Positions 49,980-62,033 of a stretch of 64,000 nucleotides of DNA are shown here, in pieces. This stretch comes from Hydrolagus colliei (lineage: Eukaryota), in contig CM068771.1 in assembly GCA_035084275.1 (NCBI GenBank), positions 558,001-622,000 of the forward strand, written 5' to 3'. The translations under genes and the position numbers were made by a program. The notes beneath the pieces are model-generated. The model was not told where the DNA came from, did not search any database, and saw only the letters and a program-made list of their open reading frames with translations. How positions within the stretch are numbered: position 1 is the first letter of the stretch; each line of letters begins with the position of its first letter.

Positions 49980-51704
49980 AACTACAGCCACACTTCCCCC
50001 TCCCAAACCACTCTCCGCACCCTCTCTCTTTGAAACCTCCCCCCCACCACCTCCCCTCCTAAACCATTGCTCCCTCTTCTAAGTTACACAAACACGAATG
50101 TGGTGTTGGTTTGCAAAACGGAGGAGAGGAAATGATACTTCAACTAAACATCGTCTTGGCCAGACACATTCTGCTGGGATTGACGTGTCCAATGCAGATG
50201 CACCAGAACGGGTTTAAAGAGTTAAAATATCAGGACAGTTTGCATACACATGATCTCTATTCCCTTGACTTTAGCAGGTTGAGAGATGATCTGACTGAGG
50301 TGTTTGAAATAATAAAGGGATTTGTTAGTGTAGCTGCAGAGAAACTGTTTCCTCGGTTTGGAGAATTCCGAACAAGAAGCATTGTGTTAAAGTTAATGCC
50401 ACGCCATATAGGAGTGAAATTAGGAGATAGATATTCACCCAACAATAGGGATACACCAAGGGGTAAATGACAGGGAACAATTTAGGTAAATATTCATTAG
50501 AGAATTGGTGCTCGGAAAACTGTTAGCAGAGTAAAAACCCTGGTCCAGATGGTTTGCATCCCAGGGTCTTAAAAGTAGTAGTTTATGAGATAGTGGGGGC
50601 CTTGTGTCTGATCTTCCAAAATTCCTTGGATTCTGGAATGGGTCCTTCTCAGATTGGTGGGATGTGACTAGTGGAATGCCACAAGGATCAGTCCTTGGGC
50701 CTCAGCTATTTACCATCTACATCAACGATCTAGATAAGGACATCAAGCTTAATATATCTAAACTTGCTGATGATACGAAACTAGGAGGAAACGTTAATAC
50801 CAGGATGGCATTTAAAAAATGCAGCGCGATATAGATGGGTTAGGTGAGTGGGTAGGTAAGTGGCAGGGTATTAAGGGATATGGGGCAAGAGGAGTTAATT
50901 GGAGTTGAGGTACAGATCAGTCATAATCTCATAAAATGGCAGAACTGGCTTGAGGGGCTTACTGGCCTCCTCCACTTTCCGTGTTATTACTCCACTGCCC
51001 ATCCAACATTAAGCCTGGGACTGGTCATGTGTGTGTGAGAGAGGGAGAGTGAGTGTTTGTGCCATTTAGTGTTTGAGTGTGTGTATGATTTTGTATATGT
51101 GTGATTAGTAATCCATCCAAAAAACCCACAATAATAAAATTGCTCAATTCAATCCATGACTGTTTGTGGGACACTGCTGTGCACAATTGGCTGTTATATT
51201 TCGCCCATAAATATACAGTCAATTCACTTTACAGTATATTGAGATATCGATAAGATGTGAAAACCACTAAATCAAATGCAAGGATTAATATATTATTATA
51301 TTGTGTGTAATATTTTATATATTTTTTCAACGCTTTCAGATGTCCTTCTGACATGGAAGGCGCTAGACGAATGTAAATTTGTTGTTGTGTGAGAATATGA
51401 ATATGTGTGGGAATATATCTGTGTGTGTATGATTGTCACTATAATTTTGTTTTTTATTTAGGATCTCTCTCCTACAGGACAGATTCCTCAGTGTCTGGCT
51501 TATTAGTCCCCAAATGTTTTAATTAAAAAAAATCATGTCAGCCTTGAAATAAAACTCTAGGCCAGAGGCTCTCAATCTCTCAGACTTGTCTCCCTGGGGA
51601 GCTGTGCGCATTGACATAACTCCCTCCTTTAGGCCTATCTTACCCTCTCTCTCAGGGCAGAGGGAGGCTGTGTCAATGGTACAGTGTAGATATACAGTGG
51701 TACA

Positions 51705-51889
51705 GGGCAGAGGGAGTCACTGTCTAACCTGGTAACAGATGATGAATAATAGACACAGCAGCTCATTGGTGTATCCCAGGCCATTGCTGACTCGTATCTA
51801 AACCCGTGCTGTTGATGTGTTTGTTCTGTGTTAAATCATTGTTTATGGTATTAATGTCTGAGGCATTGACTCCCAGCCAGGGACTTCCC
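51705..51889 (+). promoter_or_regulatory. MHC-type X1-X2-Y module plus kB site, copy B
   Basis: X1 CCTGGTAACAGATG 51728-51741, 20 bp spacer, CTCATTGG 51762-51769, GGGACTTCCC 51880-51889. Confidence 0.75.
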
Positions 51890-52108
51890 AACCACATTAC
51901 CAATTCCTGTCCTTAACCAGTACTCCAATCCTGTCTCTTTCTAAAGCTCACACTGACCCTGGGTCTGTCAGTGTGCATTGAAGAATGCATTAGTGCTTGT
52001 GTGTTTTTGATAGTGTGTGTGATTGAATCTGATAATGTGTGTGAGATGGTGTGAGTGCATGTGTATATACATATATGTGTGTTTGTATGATTGAGTGTGG
52101 GTGTGTAT

Positions 52109-52966
52109 TAGGGTCCGGCGATATATCGATATATTGGTTATATCCGATATAATTTTCATATCGATATGCCGATATAGTCATTCCCAAAACATCGACATAT
52201 AGAAAAACCATATATCAAAAAAATAGGAATGCGCGTGCACTGAACTACAAGACCCAGAATACTAATCTCTATACACAATGCACAGACCGAGGTGCAAGCC
52301 GCCATATTGTATTCATAGTCCTCGAATACAATGTACAGGTATGCAAGGGGTGAGGGGAGAGAGACGGGGGGGGGGGAGAGGGAGAGAGAGAGACCGGGTG
52401 GAGTGGGGGGGGGGAGTGAGAGAGACCGGGGGGGGGGGGGGGGGGGCGGGATGGAGAGAGGGAGACCGAGGGGGAAGGGAGAGAGGGAGACCGGGGTAGG
52501 GGGGGAGGGAGAGAGAGACTGGGGTGGGGGGGGGGGGGGGGGGGGGGGGGGGCGAGAAGGAGAGAGAGAGGGTGGGTGGGGGAGGTAGAGAGAGAGACCG
52601 GGGGCTTCGGGGGGGGAAGCAGAGAGAGAGAAAGGAGGGGGTGGGGGAAGTAGAGAGAGAGACTGGGGAGATGTGATAATAGACAGGCAGGCAGGCAGGC
52701 AGACAGACAGACAGACATGGGGGGGAACGTGAGAGAGGAGAGAGACACAGAGACACAGATAGAAAAACACAGAGATGGAGAGTGAGTGTGAGAGACACAG
52801 AGAGAGATATTTACCTCCTGCAGAGATAGGCCCCGAATGCACGTGCACCTTGCAACGCGCGCGCATGCGCAGTACGGAAACCCCCAAAATATCGATATCT
52901 TGGTAGATCTCGATATGAGCTCGTCGATATATCTGAATCGGAAAATTTCCATATTGACGGACCCTA
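52109..52966. mobile_element. CpG-rich non-autonomous hAT-like element
   Basis: TIRs TAGGGTCCGGCGATAT / ATATTGACGGACCCTA, many subterminal (AT)CGATAT motifs, GA-rich interior. No TSD. Confidence 0.7.
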
Positions 52967-53901
52967 CCCTCCACATAACCCCCCTGTCCCGTGGTGCATT
53001 TCACTTTGTGTATCTATGGTGTACCCCCACATAGCCTCCCTCCAGCCTGTAACTCACACTGTGTATCTATACTGTTATACTGTACCCTACACACAGCCTC
53101 CCTATGCCCTATATCTCACACTGTGTATCTACTCCGTACCCCCCAGCCTCCCTCTGCCCATTACCTCACACTGCATATCTACACTGTACCCTCCTCATAG
53201 CCCTCCCTCTGCCCTGAGAGTGGGATTAAGAAATGCCAGAGAATGAGGTTAAGATAGACCTTAAAGTCAGGTTAAGACAGATCCTATGATTGCTCACATC
53301 TCTCCTGCGAGCCAAGTCTAAACAATTGAGAAACTTTGGCCTAGTTTTGATTTGGATTGATTTAAATGATGAAGTGACATTTATAATAAAATAATTTTAC
53401 ACAATCACAAAAGCAAACAAACTCAAACACTAATGACAAAAAAAACTCTCTCTCATATGTACAGTCAATCACAGTGTTTTTTCAGCACCGTGCGATGGCC
53501 TCCCAATGTGAAAGACGCTATACAAATGTAATTTTGTTGTTGTGGGATAATGTGAATCAGTGATTTGATATCTGTGTACGTGTGCGTGAGATGGAGAAAA
53601 CAAGATTGTCCCTGTGATTTTATTTCTAGTTTAGCATCTCTCCCCTACACGGCAGATTCCTCACTGTCTGACTTGTCAGTCCCAACAAAATTTCATTCAA
53701 AAAAATCAAGTTGGACTTGAAATAAATCCAGATCGAAACTCTAGTCCAGAGGTTCTCAATCTCTGAGACTTGTCAGTCTGGAGAGCTGTGGGCATTCACA
53801 TGGCATGTCTTATGCCCTCTCTCAAGCCTATTTTACTCTCTATCTCAGGGTAGAGGGAGGCTGTATGGAGGGTACAGTGTAGATACACAGTGTGAGGTAC
53901 A

Positions 53902-54085
53902 GGACAGAGGGAGTCACTGTCTGACCCGGTAAAAAGTGACGAGATGTAGATACAGCAGCTCATTGGTGTATCCCAGGCCATTGCTGACTCGTATCTAAAC
54001 CCGTGCTGTTGATGTGTTTGTTCTATGTTAAATCATTGTTTATGATATTAATGTCTGAGGCGTTGACTCCCAGCCGGGACTTTCC
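53902..54085 (+). promoter_or_regulatory. MHC-type S-X1-X2-Y module plus kB site, copy C
   Basis: GGACAGA 16 bp before X1 CCCGGTAAAAAGTG (53925-53938), overlapping TGACG, 20 bp spacer, CTCATTGG 53959-53966, GGGACTTTCC 54076-54085. Confidence 0.72.
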
Positions 54086-54199
54086 AAGTACATTGTCGCC
54101 TCCCCCTCCTAAACTACTGCCCTCCCCGAACTCCACTCCTGAATAACAATTTTGGACTACAGTACAGTAGTATCAAACATAATGAAACTGCACAGGAAC

Positions 54200-56000
54200 A
54201 GTAGTCTGTGATATTTTTGAGTGCAGCAGGTGAGGAAGCGAGGGGGTATTTTACAATCCGAGAAAGATGCGGACATGAGAATGATGAGAGAAAGATGTTG
54301 TGGAAAAGATAATGTGATATTTGAGTGATTTAAGTTTGGAACAAGAAAGCAGGGACCCACAGAATCATCCAATCAGTACTGTAAAATACTGAGAACCCGA
54401 ACTAAAAATTACAACTTGGGAATATTAAAATACAAAATGATTCACGACCAGATTTGCCCTTGAGTAACATCGCAGTTGTGTTCGGGAAAAATGCGACTTT
54501 ATGCGAAATCATGTTAAGTGAACTCACACAAGAATACCAGATGTGCAGTGTCTATATCGCCTATGCTACCCAAAGTAGCATTTCCACCTGTGCGAATGAT
54601 ATAATAGCGAATGTCGCAAAGTTAAATGAAGATATGTTCCCCATGTATCAGCAACATAATAACAAAGCAACTTTGACCGAAGCAATGTTAAGCTAGATCT
54701 ACCTGTAGTTGGAATAAAGGATACAAAATTCAGAGGAAGGCTTTTGGTAAAACGGGACCTGACGTTAGAATCAGTCATGGAGATAATAAAGATTGAAGTA
54801 ATAAATATGAGAGAGATGGAAACAGAAAAGAAATAGATGAACTAGACAACAAAAATTTGAGATGGTACAGATGTAGTGCAGAGAATGTACAGGCGAAGAG
54901 GGAGGCCAAACAATATGGACGATTGTGACAAATGTAGATTAGACATCATATGAGATTTTCTTCAGAAGGAAAAGAATACTGTTAATGCAAAAGATAAAGG
55001 CATTATGCAAGATTATGTAGGAATAGACAAGACTATCTAGGGAGATATAACAATAATAAAGCACAAGAACAAAGTCAAACAGAAAGAAGAGCATACAATG
55101 GGTCAAATTACATGAGCAGAACCAGAATTGGGCAAATTAAATCAGAAGAATATGAAAGGACAAATAGCTAAGATACAGAATCCAGTGAAAGTTTAGAAGA
55201 GGATGAACACCCCTTTGAAGCAGTGGAACTCATAAAGAGTATACACACAATAGAAAAAGAGAAAAATAAATGGATGGTGTTTTTAGAGTGTAAAATAGTA
55301 AGGAACGTCATTTAGTGCAAAGTAGATACAGGAGCGCAGGCCAGGGTAATGGCATGGGTAGAGTGTAAAATTGGGAGAACCAAATAAGGAAAACACGGAG
55401 AAAGGGAAAGGTAAATTGATGATGTATAAGAAAGGAAAATTTGAAACAGCGGGTAGAGTCGAGATACAAGTGATATACAAAGGGATACAATACAGTATAG
55501 AATAAAATTCTACATTGTAATAATAAAAACTGACACTTTATTACGATTGGAAGATATGCTAAAAATATGAATGTTAAAAATAAATTGGAATATGAAAGGA
55601 GAGGAAAGTGAACAAAGGGAGACAGAAGAAATACAAGGACAATATAAACAGGTGCTTGGAAAGAAAGGATTAATGAAATGAAAAAATTGAGATCACAGGT
55701 ACAGACATAAATAAATTGGAAAAAACAAGCACAAGAACTGAAGAAACAAAACTTTCAAAAAGTAGAAGCCGTATGGCTTCAGAGGAAAAACATAAAAACA
55801 GAGGCCTGGATCAAAGGAAAAATTGGATGGAAAGATGAGAACCCCGGATCTCATTGGGTAAAAGATGAAAAGGGAAAGATATATAGAGGAACATCGTTGG
55901 AGAATCAAACAAAGAACAATAAGAAAACAACAGGAGAAAATGGAAAAGGAGAAACTGTGAGAAGAACTAGATGCTGAAGAGAAATACAAAGATCACAAAG
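54200..56000 (+). mobile_element. Old, internally deleted Gypsy remnant (gag, protease, integrase C-terminal end)
   Basis: NVIFE*FKFGTRKQ...ESSNQY...MIHDQI/VVGIKDTK..RLL...DLTLE (gag); KVDTGAQA at ~55320 (protease); VWLQ...WIKG (integrase tail). Confidence 0.75.
54450..54705. mobile_element. ~255 bp insertion in gag, probable TA-targeting pogo/Tigger-like MITE
   Basis: Splits DQI|VVG; right end ...GCTAGATCTACCTG|TA; weak inverted repeat TAACATCGC/GCAATGTTA. Confidence 0.4.
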
Positions 56001-56706
56001 AATTATGTTGCATATTGATTTAATGACATAATTGGCAATTGGTTATGGATGGTGCATGTATAAAAGAATTATGGGACTAGTGACTTACAGAATCGAGAGA
56101 GAGAGCATGAAAGAGGTTGATTTGAAAGAGAGCGACTTGTTACATTTGAATTAAAGGACTGAGTAAATCTACATTGCTTTTGTGGAGTAAATAACATTAC
56201 ATGTTTTTACAGTAAAGCTGTAAGAAGAGGTAAAAAGCCAGTGGTGTAAAGTTACCAACACACATAGAATTGTTGCTGTTATGTTTCCAGGAAGGGGAGT
56301 TTAAGCCAAGGGAGTAATGAATATATAACCAAAAATAAATAACTGAAATATAATAATAATTTTGTCAATCAATCTACAACTGTTTGTGGGAAGCTGCTGT
56401 GCATAATTGGCTGCCACATTTCACCCACAAACTATACTGTAAATTCACTTTACAGTATATTCTCTGCAGTGTATTGAGACACCTTGAAGATGTGATAAGG
56501 TGCTATCAAATGTGAGGTTTATTATTATTATTATTGTTAATGCACAGGATTTATTTAAATAGCAGCTTGATGCTGTGATGGGGGTACGGTTTGGCAGTGG
56601 GGAGGTGTGTTTGGGATTATGTAGAGTGGTGGTGTGTGGGGGTGGGTGGATTATATTGGTGTCAGGGGCTAGGGCGGCTCTAGTCTCCCAGTAACAGGTG
56701 AGAGCA

Positions 56707-56776
56707 ATGGCCGCTGAGTGTGACTGGCAGGGAGCATTAACGCTGCTGTTCCTCCTGTTATTAACAGTACTGACTG
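56707..56776 (+). CDS. Orphan signal-peptide exon MAAECDWQGALTLLFLLLLTVLT(G), gene unknown
   Basis: Strong Kozak gcaATGG, hydrophobic h-region, phase-1 donor G|GTGAGA, upstream GGGCGG. No downstream exon identified. Confidence 0.6.
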
Positions 56777-57399
56777 GTGAGAGAGAGAATTTCTATGCAG
56801 CTTGTTAATCAGGGAAGCCCAGATGGGACTTTTGAACTTCCACTTCCCTTTTGCTAGCCCCCCTCTCCCCCAATGTATCTGCTCGCTGATGACACCTATA
56901 ACAAATCTTTATTTCAAATTTATTCATTTGTAAAGTTAATTACACAGTGAGTTATGCAGTGGCTTTAAAATGATTATTTTGCAGAGAAAAGCATTTAGCC
57001 ATTGCTGACACATGAGACACAGCCCTGATCACACCACAGCCCTGATCACACCACAGCCCGGATCACACCATAGACCTGGAACGCACTGTGGACACTTACG
57101 AGCTGTGGACATGGATATGTTGGTTGCTCAGGATATCAGTATTGATTGTATATCTCCCCCATCCACACCATCCCAAACCCCACCTCCCGCGCCCAACCCC
57201 CCACCCCCCTCCCCCACCCCGCATATCCCCTCAACACACAACCTGCAGTAAATATCCCCATAATCATCAAAAACAGCAGAGGCAGCCGGGTTCGCGGGTA
57301 ATATTGGGTAGGGGTCAGAGTCGGGTTGGAGACAGCGGAGGTCAGTGGGGATCAGTGTTGCCTTGGGGTCAGTGCAGGTCAGCGTTAAAGCAAAGCGAC

Positions 57400-58140
57400 A
57401 GTGACAGACACCATGTTTAGTGTTCAGAGGGACTTGGGTGTCCTTGTACATCAGTCACAAAAAGTTAGTTTGCAAGTACAGTAAGCAATTAGGAAGGCTA
57501 ACAGTATGTTGGTGTTCATTACACTAGGGTTGTAATATAAACTTAGGGAAGTCTTGCTGCAGCTGTGTAGGGCCCTAGTTAGACTGCACCTAGAATATTG
57601 TGTGCAGTTTTGGTCTCGTTATTTAAGACATGATGTACTTGCCTTGGGGACAACATAGATTTACTAGTTTGGTACCTGGCATGAGGGGGATGAGCGATGA
57701 GGATAGGTTGAGCAATCTAAGCCTATATTCTCTAGAATATAGAAGAATGAGAGGTGATCTTATAGAAACCTATAGGATTATTAAGAGACATGACAGAATG
57801 GATAGTGGGAGACTGTTTCCCCTGGTTGGAGAAACTATAACAAGGGGTCACAGTCTTAAAATTAGGGGTCAAATAATTTTAAAAAATTTTAAACTTTTTT
57901 CTGAGTTGAGAAAAAAGTTCTTCACTCAGAGGGCAGTGAATTGATGGAATTCTCTACCCCAAAGGGCCAGAACATATTCAAGACTAAGATTGACAGATTT
58001 CTTGTGGATGAAGGGATTAAGGGATATGGTGATAAGGCGGGTAAGTGGAGTTAGAATAGATCAGCCATGATCTTATTGAATGGTGGTGCAGGCTTGAGGG
58101 GGCGAATGGCCTTCTCCTGCTCCTAATTCTTATGTTCTCA
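57400..58140 (+). mobile_element. CR1 3' fragment
   Basis: LHLEYCVQFW...RMRGDLIETYRII...KKFFTQRAVN; 3' UTR ggggcgaatggccttctcctgctcc. Confidence 0.88.
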
Positions 58141-58390
58141 TTTTTGCAGCCTCTAATCATGGTGGTTTTGTAGCTTTGACGACGGTCATGGGGCCGGGTC
58201 TCCCCAGCACCCCCCCACCGCTCCCCCACCCCTCCCCACTGTCTCTCTCTCACCCCCCATGGCCATCACCCTCTCTCACCATCAGTCACCTCACCGTCTT
58301 ACTACTCTCCTCCTCTCCCCCCCACCCCCAACAGCACAGGAGGCCATTCGGCCCAGCTAGTCATCATGGCTCACAAAGCTGTCACCGCAC

Positions 58391-58434
58391 CTCGTCCACA
58401 ACTTCCCGAATAGTCTCAGGCGACACCCGCCTCC
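58391..58434 (-). pseudogene. Putative cytoplasmic exon of the class II beta-like remnant (GRRVSPETIREVVDE)
   Basis: ctctctgcag acceptor and GAG|GTGCGG donor; phase-1 start matches the TM exon. Confidence 0.45.
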
Positions 58435-58863
58435 CTGCAGAGAGGTCAAACTCCAACCACTGGGTGGAAACATTGCTCCTCCTCTCTCTGGTGGTTCCTG
58501 TGACTGTCTTAATCACTCTGAGATGCTGGGCCGGCATGCACGGCACTATATAAATCAAAGTGTGTCTCATCGTCTCAGAGAGGATGAGACACACACACAC
58601 ATGCACAATGAGGGAGGCAGAGAGACATACACATGCACACAGTAAGAGAAGAGATACACATATACACACACCGTAAGAGAGGAAGAGAGAGAGGGGGAGA
58701 GACACATACACACAAAAAGTAGTGGATTGATAGGGAAATGGAGAGAAGGATGGAAGGAGAGGGGTGGTGGGAGAGTAGGGCTGAAGGTGGCGAGGAGTGA
58801 TTTAGGGTGAGGGGGATGAAGGGAGAGGGGCATGGAGGGGAGAGAGTGGTGGGGGGAGCTGAC

Positions 58864-58972
58864 CTTTGGCATTCATGAGCCTCATGTTGACCCCCGCAAA
58901 GAGGAGGATGCAGCCGAAGGCAAAGCTCACACCCCCACAATGATACTGATTCTCACAGCATCCCCTCTGGCA
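58864..58972 (-). pseudogene. MHC class II beta-like connecting peptide/TM exon, frameshifted (109 nt)
   Basis: ctctgttag acceptor and G|GTCAGC donor. Restoring 2 nt gives 111 nt: VPEGDAVRISIIVGVVSFAFGCILLFAGVNMRLMNAK(G), with G14, V15, F18, G21, L25, A27, G28, N35 and K37 at the HLA-DRB exon 4 positions. Confidence 0.72.
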
Positions 58973-59190
58973 CTAACAGAGCACAAGTGTGAGTGTGAAC
59001 ACATACACAGCTCCTCCGGCACTAACAGAGCACAAGTGTGATTGTGAGCAGGAACACTACACAACTCCCAAACCCTCACAGAGCACACGTGGGATTGTGA
59101 GCATAAGTGTGAACACACACACAGACCCTCTGGCACTAACAGAGTATGAGTGTGTGTGTAAACACATACACAGCCTCGTGAGACTGTCAG
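58960..59190. repeat. Minisatellite made of duplicated splice acceptors (ctctggcactaacagagcacaagtgtg units)
   Basis: Units at ~58966, ~59015 and ~59128, plus partial copies. Confidence 0.8.
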
Positions 59191-59700
59191 AGCACAAGAA
59201 CATAAGAACAACGAGCAGGAGTAGGCCATTTGGCCCCTCAAGCCTGTCCCATCATTCAATAAGATCACGGCTGATTTTCTAATCCATCTCTACCTGCCAC
59301 CTTATCCATGTATCCTTTAATCCCTTTATCCATAAGAAATCCGTCAATTTCAGCGCATCTGAGCATCTGACCGAGCATCTACAGCTTTTTTGTGGTGCAG
59401 AATCCATACATTTTTCCTCAAATCAGTGCGAAAACGCAGAGCCCCTAATCTAGTTATAGTTTCTCATTCTCCAACCAGGCGAAACAGTCTCCCACTGTCT
59501 ATTCTGTCATTCCCCTTAATAATCTTATAGATTTCTATAAAATCACCTGTAATTCTTCTAGAGAATATAGGCCTATATTTCTCGACCTATCTTCATAGCT
59601 CAACCCTCTCATCCCAGGAACCAAACTAGTGAATCTATGCTACAATTCCTCTAAGGCGAGTATGTACTTTCTTAACTAAGGAGTCCAAAACTGCACAAAA
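59190..59700 (-). mobile_element. CR1 3' fragment
   Basis: cataagaacaacgagcaggagtaggccatttggccc 3' end; degenerate RT C-terminus. Confidence 0.75.
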
Positions 59701-60329
59701 AGGGTTGGGGTGCTCTAGTATGCATGCAAGGGTGTGTGGTGTATATTGAGTTTGTGGGAGCTGTACTGAGGGGATGTGTGTATGGGGTGTATAGGTGGTT
59801 GGCGTGCTTTCCTAGGCTGAAGATTTTAAGGCTGACGTGATGTTATGGGATCTGTACTGAGGCACTAACAGGGTTTAGTGAGGCTCTCCTGGGACTGTGA
59901 GAGTGTTCTGTGTTTGTTGTGGGATGGTACTGGGGGTGTGGGTGTTGTGTGGGTGTGGTGCGCAGGCAGTATGGGGGCTGTATTGGTAATGTTTGGGGGT
60001 TATCCTTGGTCCGTACTGGGGGTGGTTCTTTTTTACCTGTTTATTTTATTTTTATGCCATTTTGTTTGGTGTGCATATAGTTTGGGGTGCGGGTGCTGCA
60101 CTAGGGGTATGAGGGTACTGTTTGTGTGGGGGTGTTTATTTAGGGATATGAGGGTGTTCTGGTATTGTTGGGGTTGAACTGCAGATGTGAAGGCTGTACT
60201 GAGGGTAAGGGGATGGTTGGAGTGTGGGCTGAATGGGGTGCGGAGTGTGTGGTGGACTGTAATTGGGATGTATTTTGTATGTTGTTTAGCAGCCTTTCAT
60301 TATTTTCACATAAACTTTGCAAAATTCAT

Positions 60330-60810
60330 ACCAACCTCCGCATCCCCAACATTCCCAGCTCCATTGGCTCCCCTTCCCCCAGAGGATTGAATTAAAAGAC
60401 GCTTGTCCTTACTTTCAAGATCCGCGTCCTCACCATGAATGCATGGTCTTGCTCCGTCCTATCTGTCTGACCTGCTGTTTCTCTATGAACCTGCCTGCCC
60501 CCTCCATTCAGCGGGTTCCTCTATGTCCCACGCCCAACTCGCCCCATCATCAGTGGACTGACTTTCAGCCTCTCTGCCCCCACACTCTGGAACACCATCC
60601 ATGATTTGTTGTCGCTTCGCCTCGCTTCTTCTCTTGCGTCTCCAAGGCTGATCTCAAGACCCTCCTCTTCAATCGTGCCTTCTGCCACCCTCCAAACTCT
60701 CCCTCCACTTCCCCCTAAACTCCCCCTTGCTCGGGTCCCAACCTGACTGTCCAGCACCTTGCAATATCCTCCCAATGTGAAAGGCGCTCTATAAATGTAA
60801 TGTTGTTGTT
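60330..60810 (+). mobile_element. L2 3' fragment
   Basis: LHWLPFPQRIELK motif; tail aaggcgctctataaatgtaatgttgttg. Confidence 0.78.
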
Positions 60811-62033
60811 GTGTTTCCATTTTCTAGCCATGTTCCTGTACCATGATCTGGGATGTGTACTGTCTGTATGTTTGGGGTGGGGTGGTTATTAACTGTTTTT
60901 GTTATGTTATTATTTCTGTTGTCCTGACATTTTTATTTTTGTGCATTTGATTTCCAACCATTTTTGGGGTACTGGAGGTGTAGGGGCCATTAAATGTTGG
61001 GAGAAATGCTGCCGCACTGGGGATGGGAGGAATATTGGATATGTGGTGATGTGAGATGCTTCACTGGGGTTATTAGAGTTATGTGGATGTATAAAGAGCA
61101 TGGGGGGTGGTTCAGGTGCTTTGTGGGTGTGTGTGTGTGGGGGGGAGTGGTGGTATAGGTGGGGGCAGGGAAGGATGCGTGAGGTGCATCTATACTGGGG
61201 CGTACTTTTTTTAAAAAAATGATTGTTCTTTTTATTTTCTCACCAGTTTTCTTGTTCCGGGGCTGTTAGGGTGTACCGGAGATATGGGGGCTGTTGATTG
61301 GTGGTTAGGGGGTGCTTAGGCTGTTGCGTACATTGGGGTGGGGGAGCTGTCAGGGTGCAGTAATTGGGGTTCTTTTTGTTTTACCACTTCTCTTTATTTT
61401 CACAAGATTTTCTATTTGTTTCATATTTTCTAGCCATTTGCTGTATGGCGGTGTGGGGGCATGCAGTGTGTGTGTATCAGGGGGGCTGTGTATGCTGTCT
61501 GCCCTGAGGGCGTGGGTGGCAGTCATAAGGTTGTGGGGTCTACACTGAGGTTTTAACTGTGTTGTGAGCTCTACTGGGACAGTGAGCATTACCCCATATT
61601 TGTGGGGCAGTAAATAGGATGTATTTTGTTGTACGGCCTTTTTTATTTTTATAGGATTTTTTTGTGTATTATCTTCTAGCCATTGTTCTGTACTGGAGTA
61701 TGTGGCATTATGTGTATCAGGCAGTAGGTCTGGGGCTGTACTTGGGTTGTTTTTGTTTCCCCGCCATTTTGTTTTATTGCCTTTTTTAATTTTCACACCA
61801 TTTGACTGCGTTTTATTTTCCAACTATTTTCCTGTACTGGGGCTCTGGGGTTGGGAATAGTGCATGTGTGTGTGTGTGTGTGGGGGGGGGGGGGTGGAGG
61901 GTGGGGGGTTTGGATGTCAGGGGTTTATTGGGGAAGTAGTCGGTATGGGGAGTTCTGGTATGTATGGGGAATATGTGTATCTACAGGTGATTACAGGTGA
62001 GGGGTGTACATAGGAGGTGGACTGTGCTATGTG

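Noticed and set aside
51815-51915. Leader-like peptide MCLFCVKSLFMVLMSEALTPSQG downstream of the Y box in copies B and C
   Set aside because: No splice donor follows, the ATG is lost in copy D and the frame is broken in copy A.
53796-53981. Minus-strand exon reading of the SXY unit (MAWDTPMSCC...)
   Set aside because: Frame and donor phase are inconsistent across the four copies; the plus-strand X-Y spacing explains the conservation better.
12745-56960. CACAGTG heptamers as V(D)J recombination signals
   Set aside because: No ACAAAAACC nonamer at 12 or 23 bp spacing was found for the heptamers checked, and there are no V/D/J segments.
58960-59190. Repeat-spacer pattern resembling a CRISPR array
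   Set aside because: Eukaryotic context, the spacers are related CA-rich sequence, and there are no cas genes; it is an intronic minisatellite.
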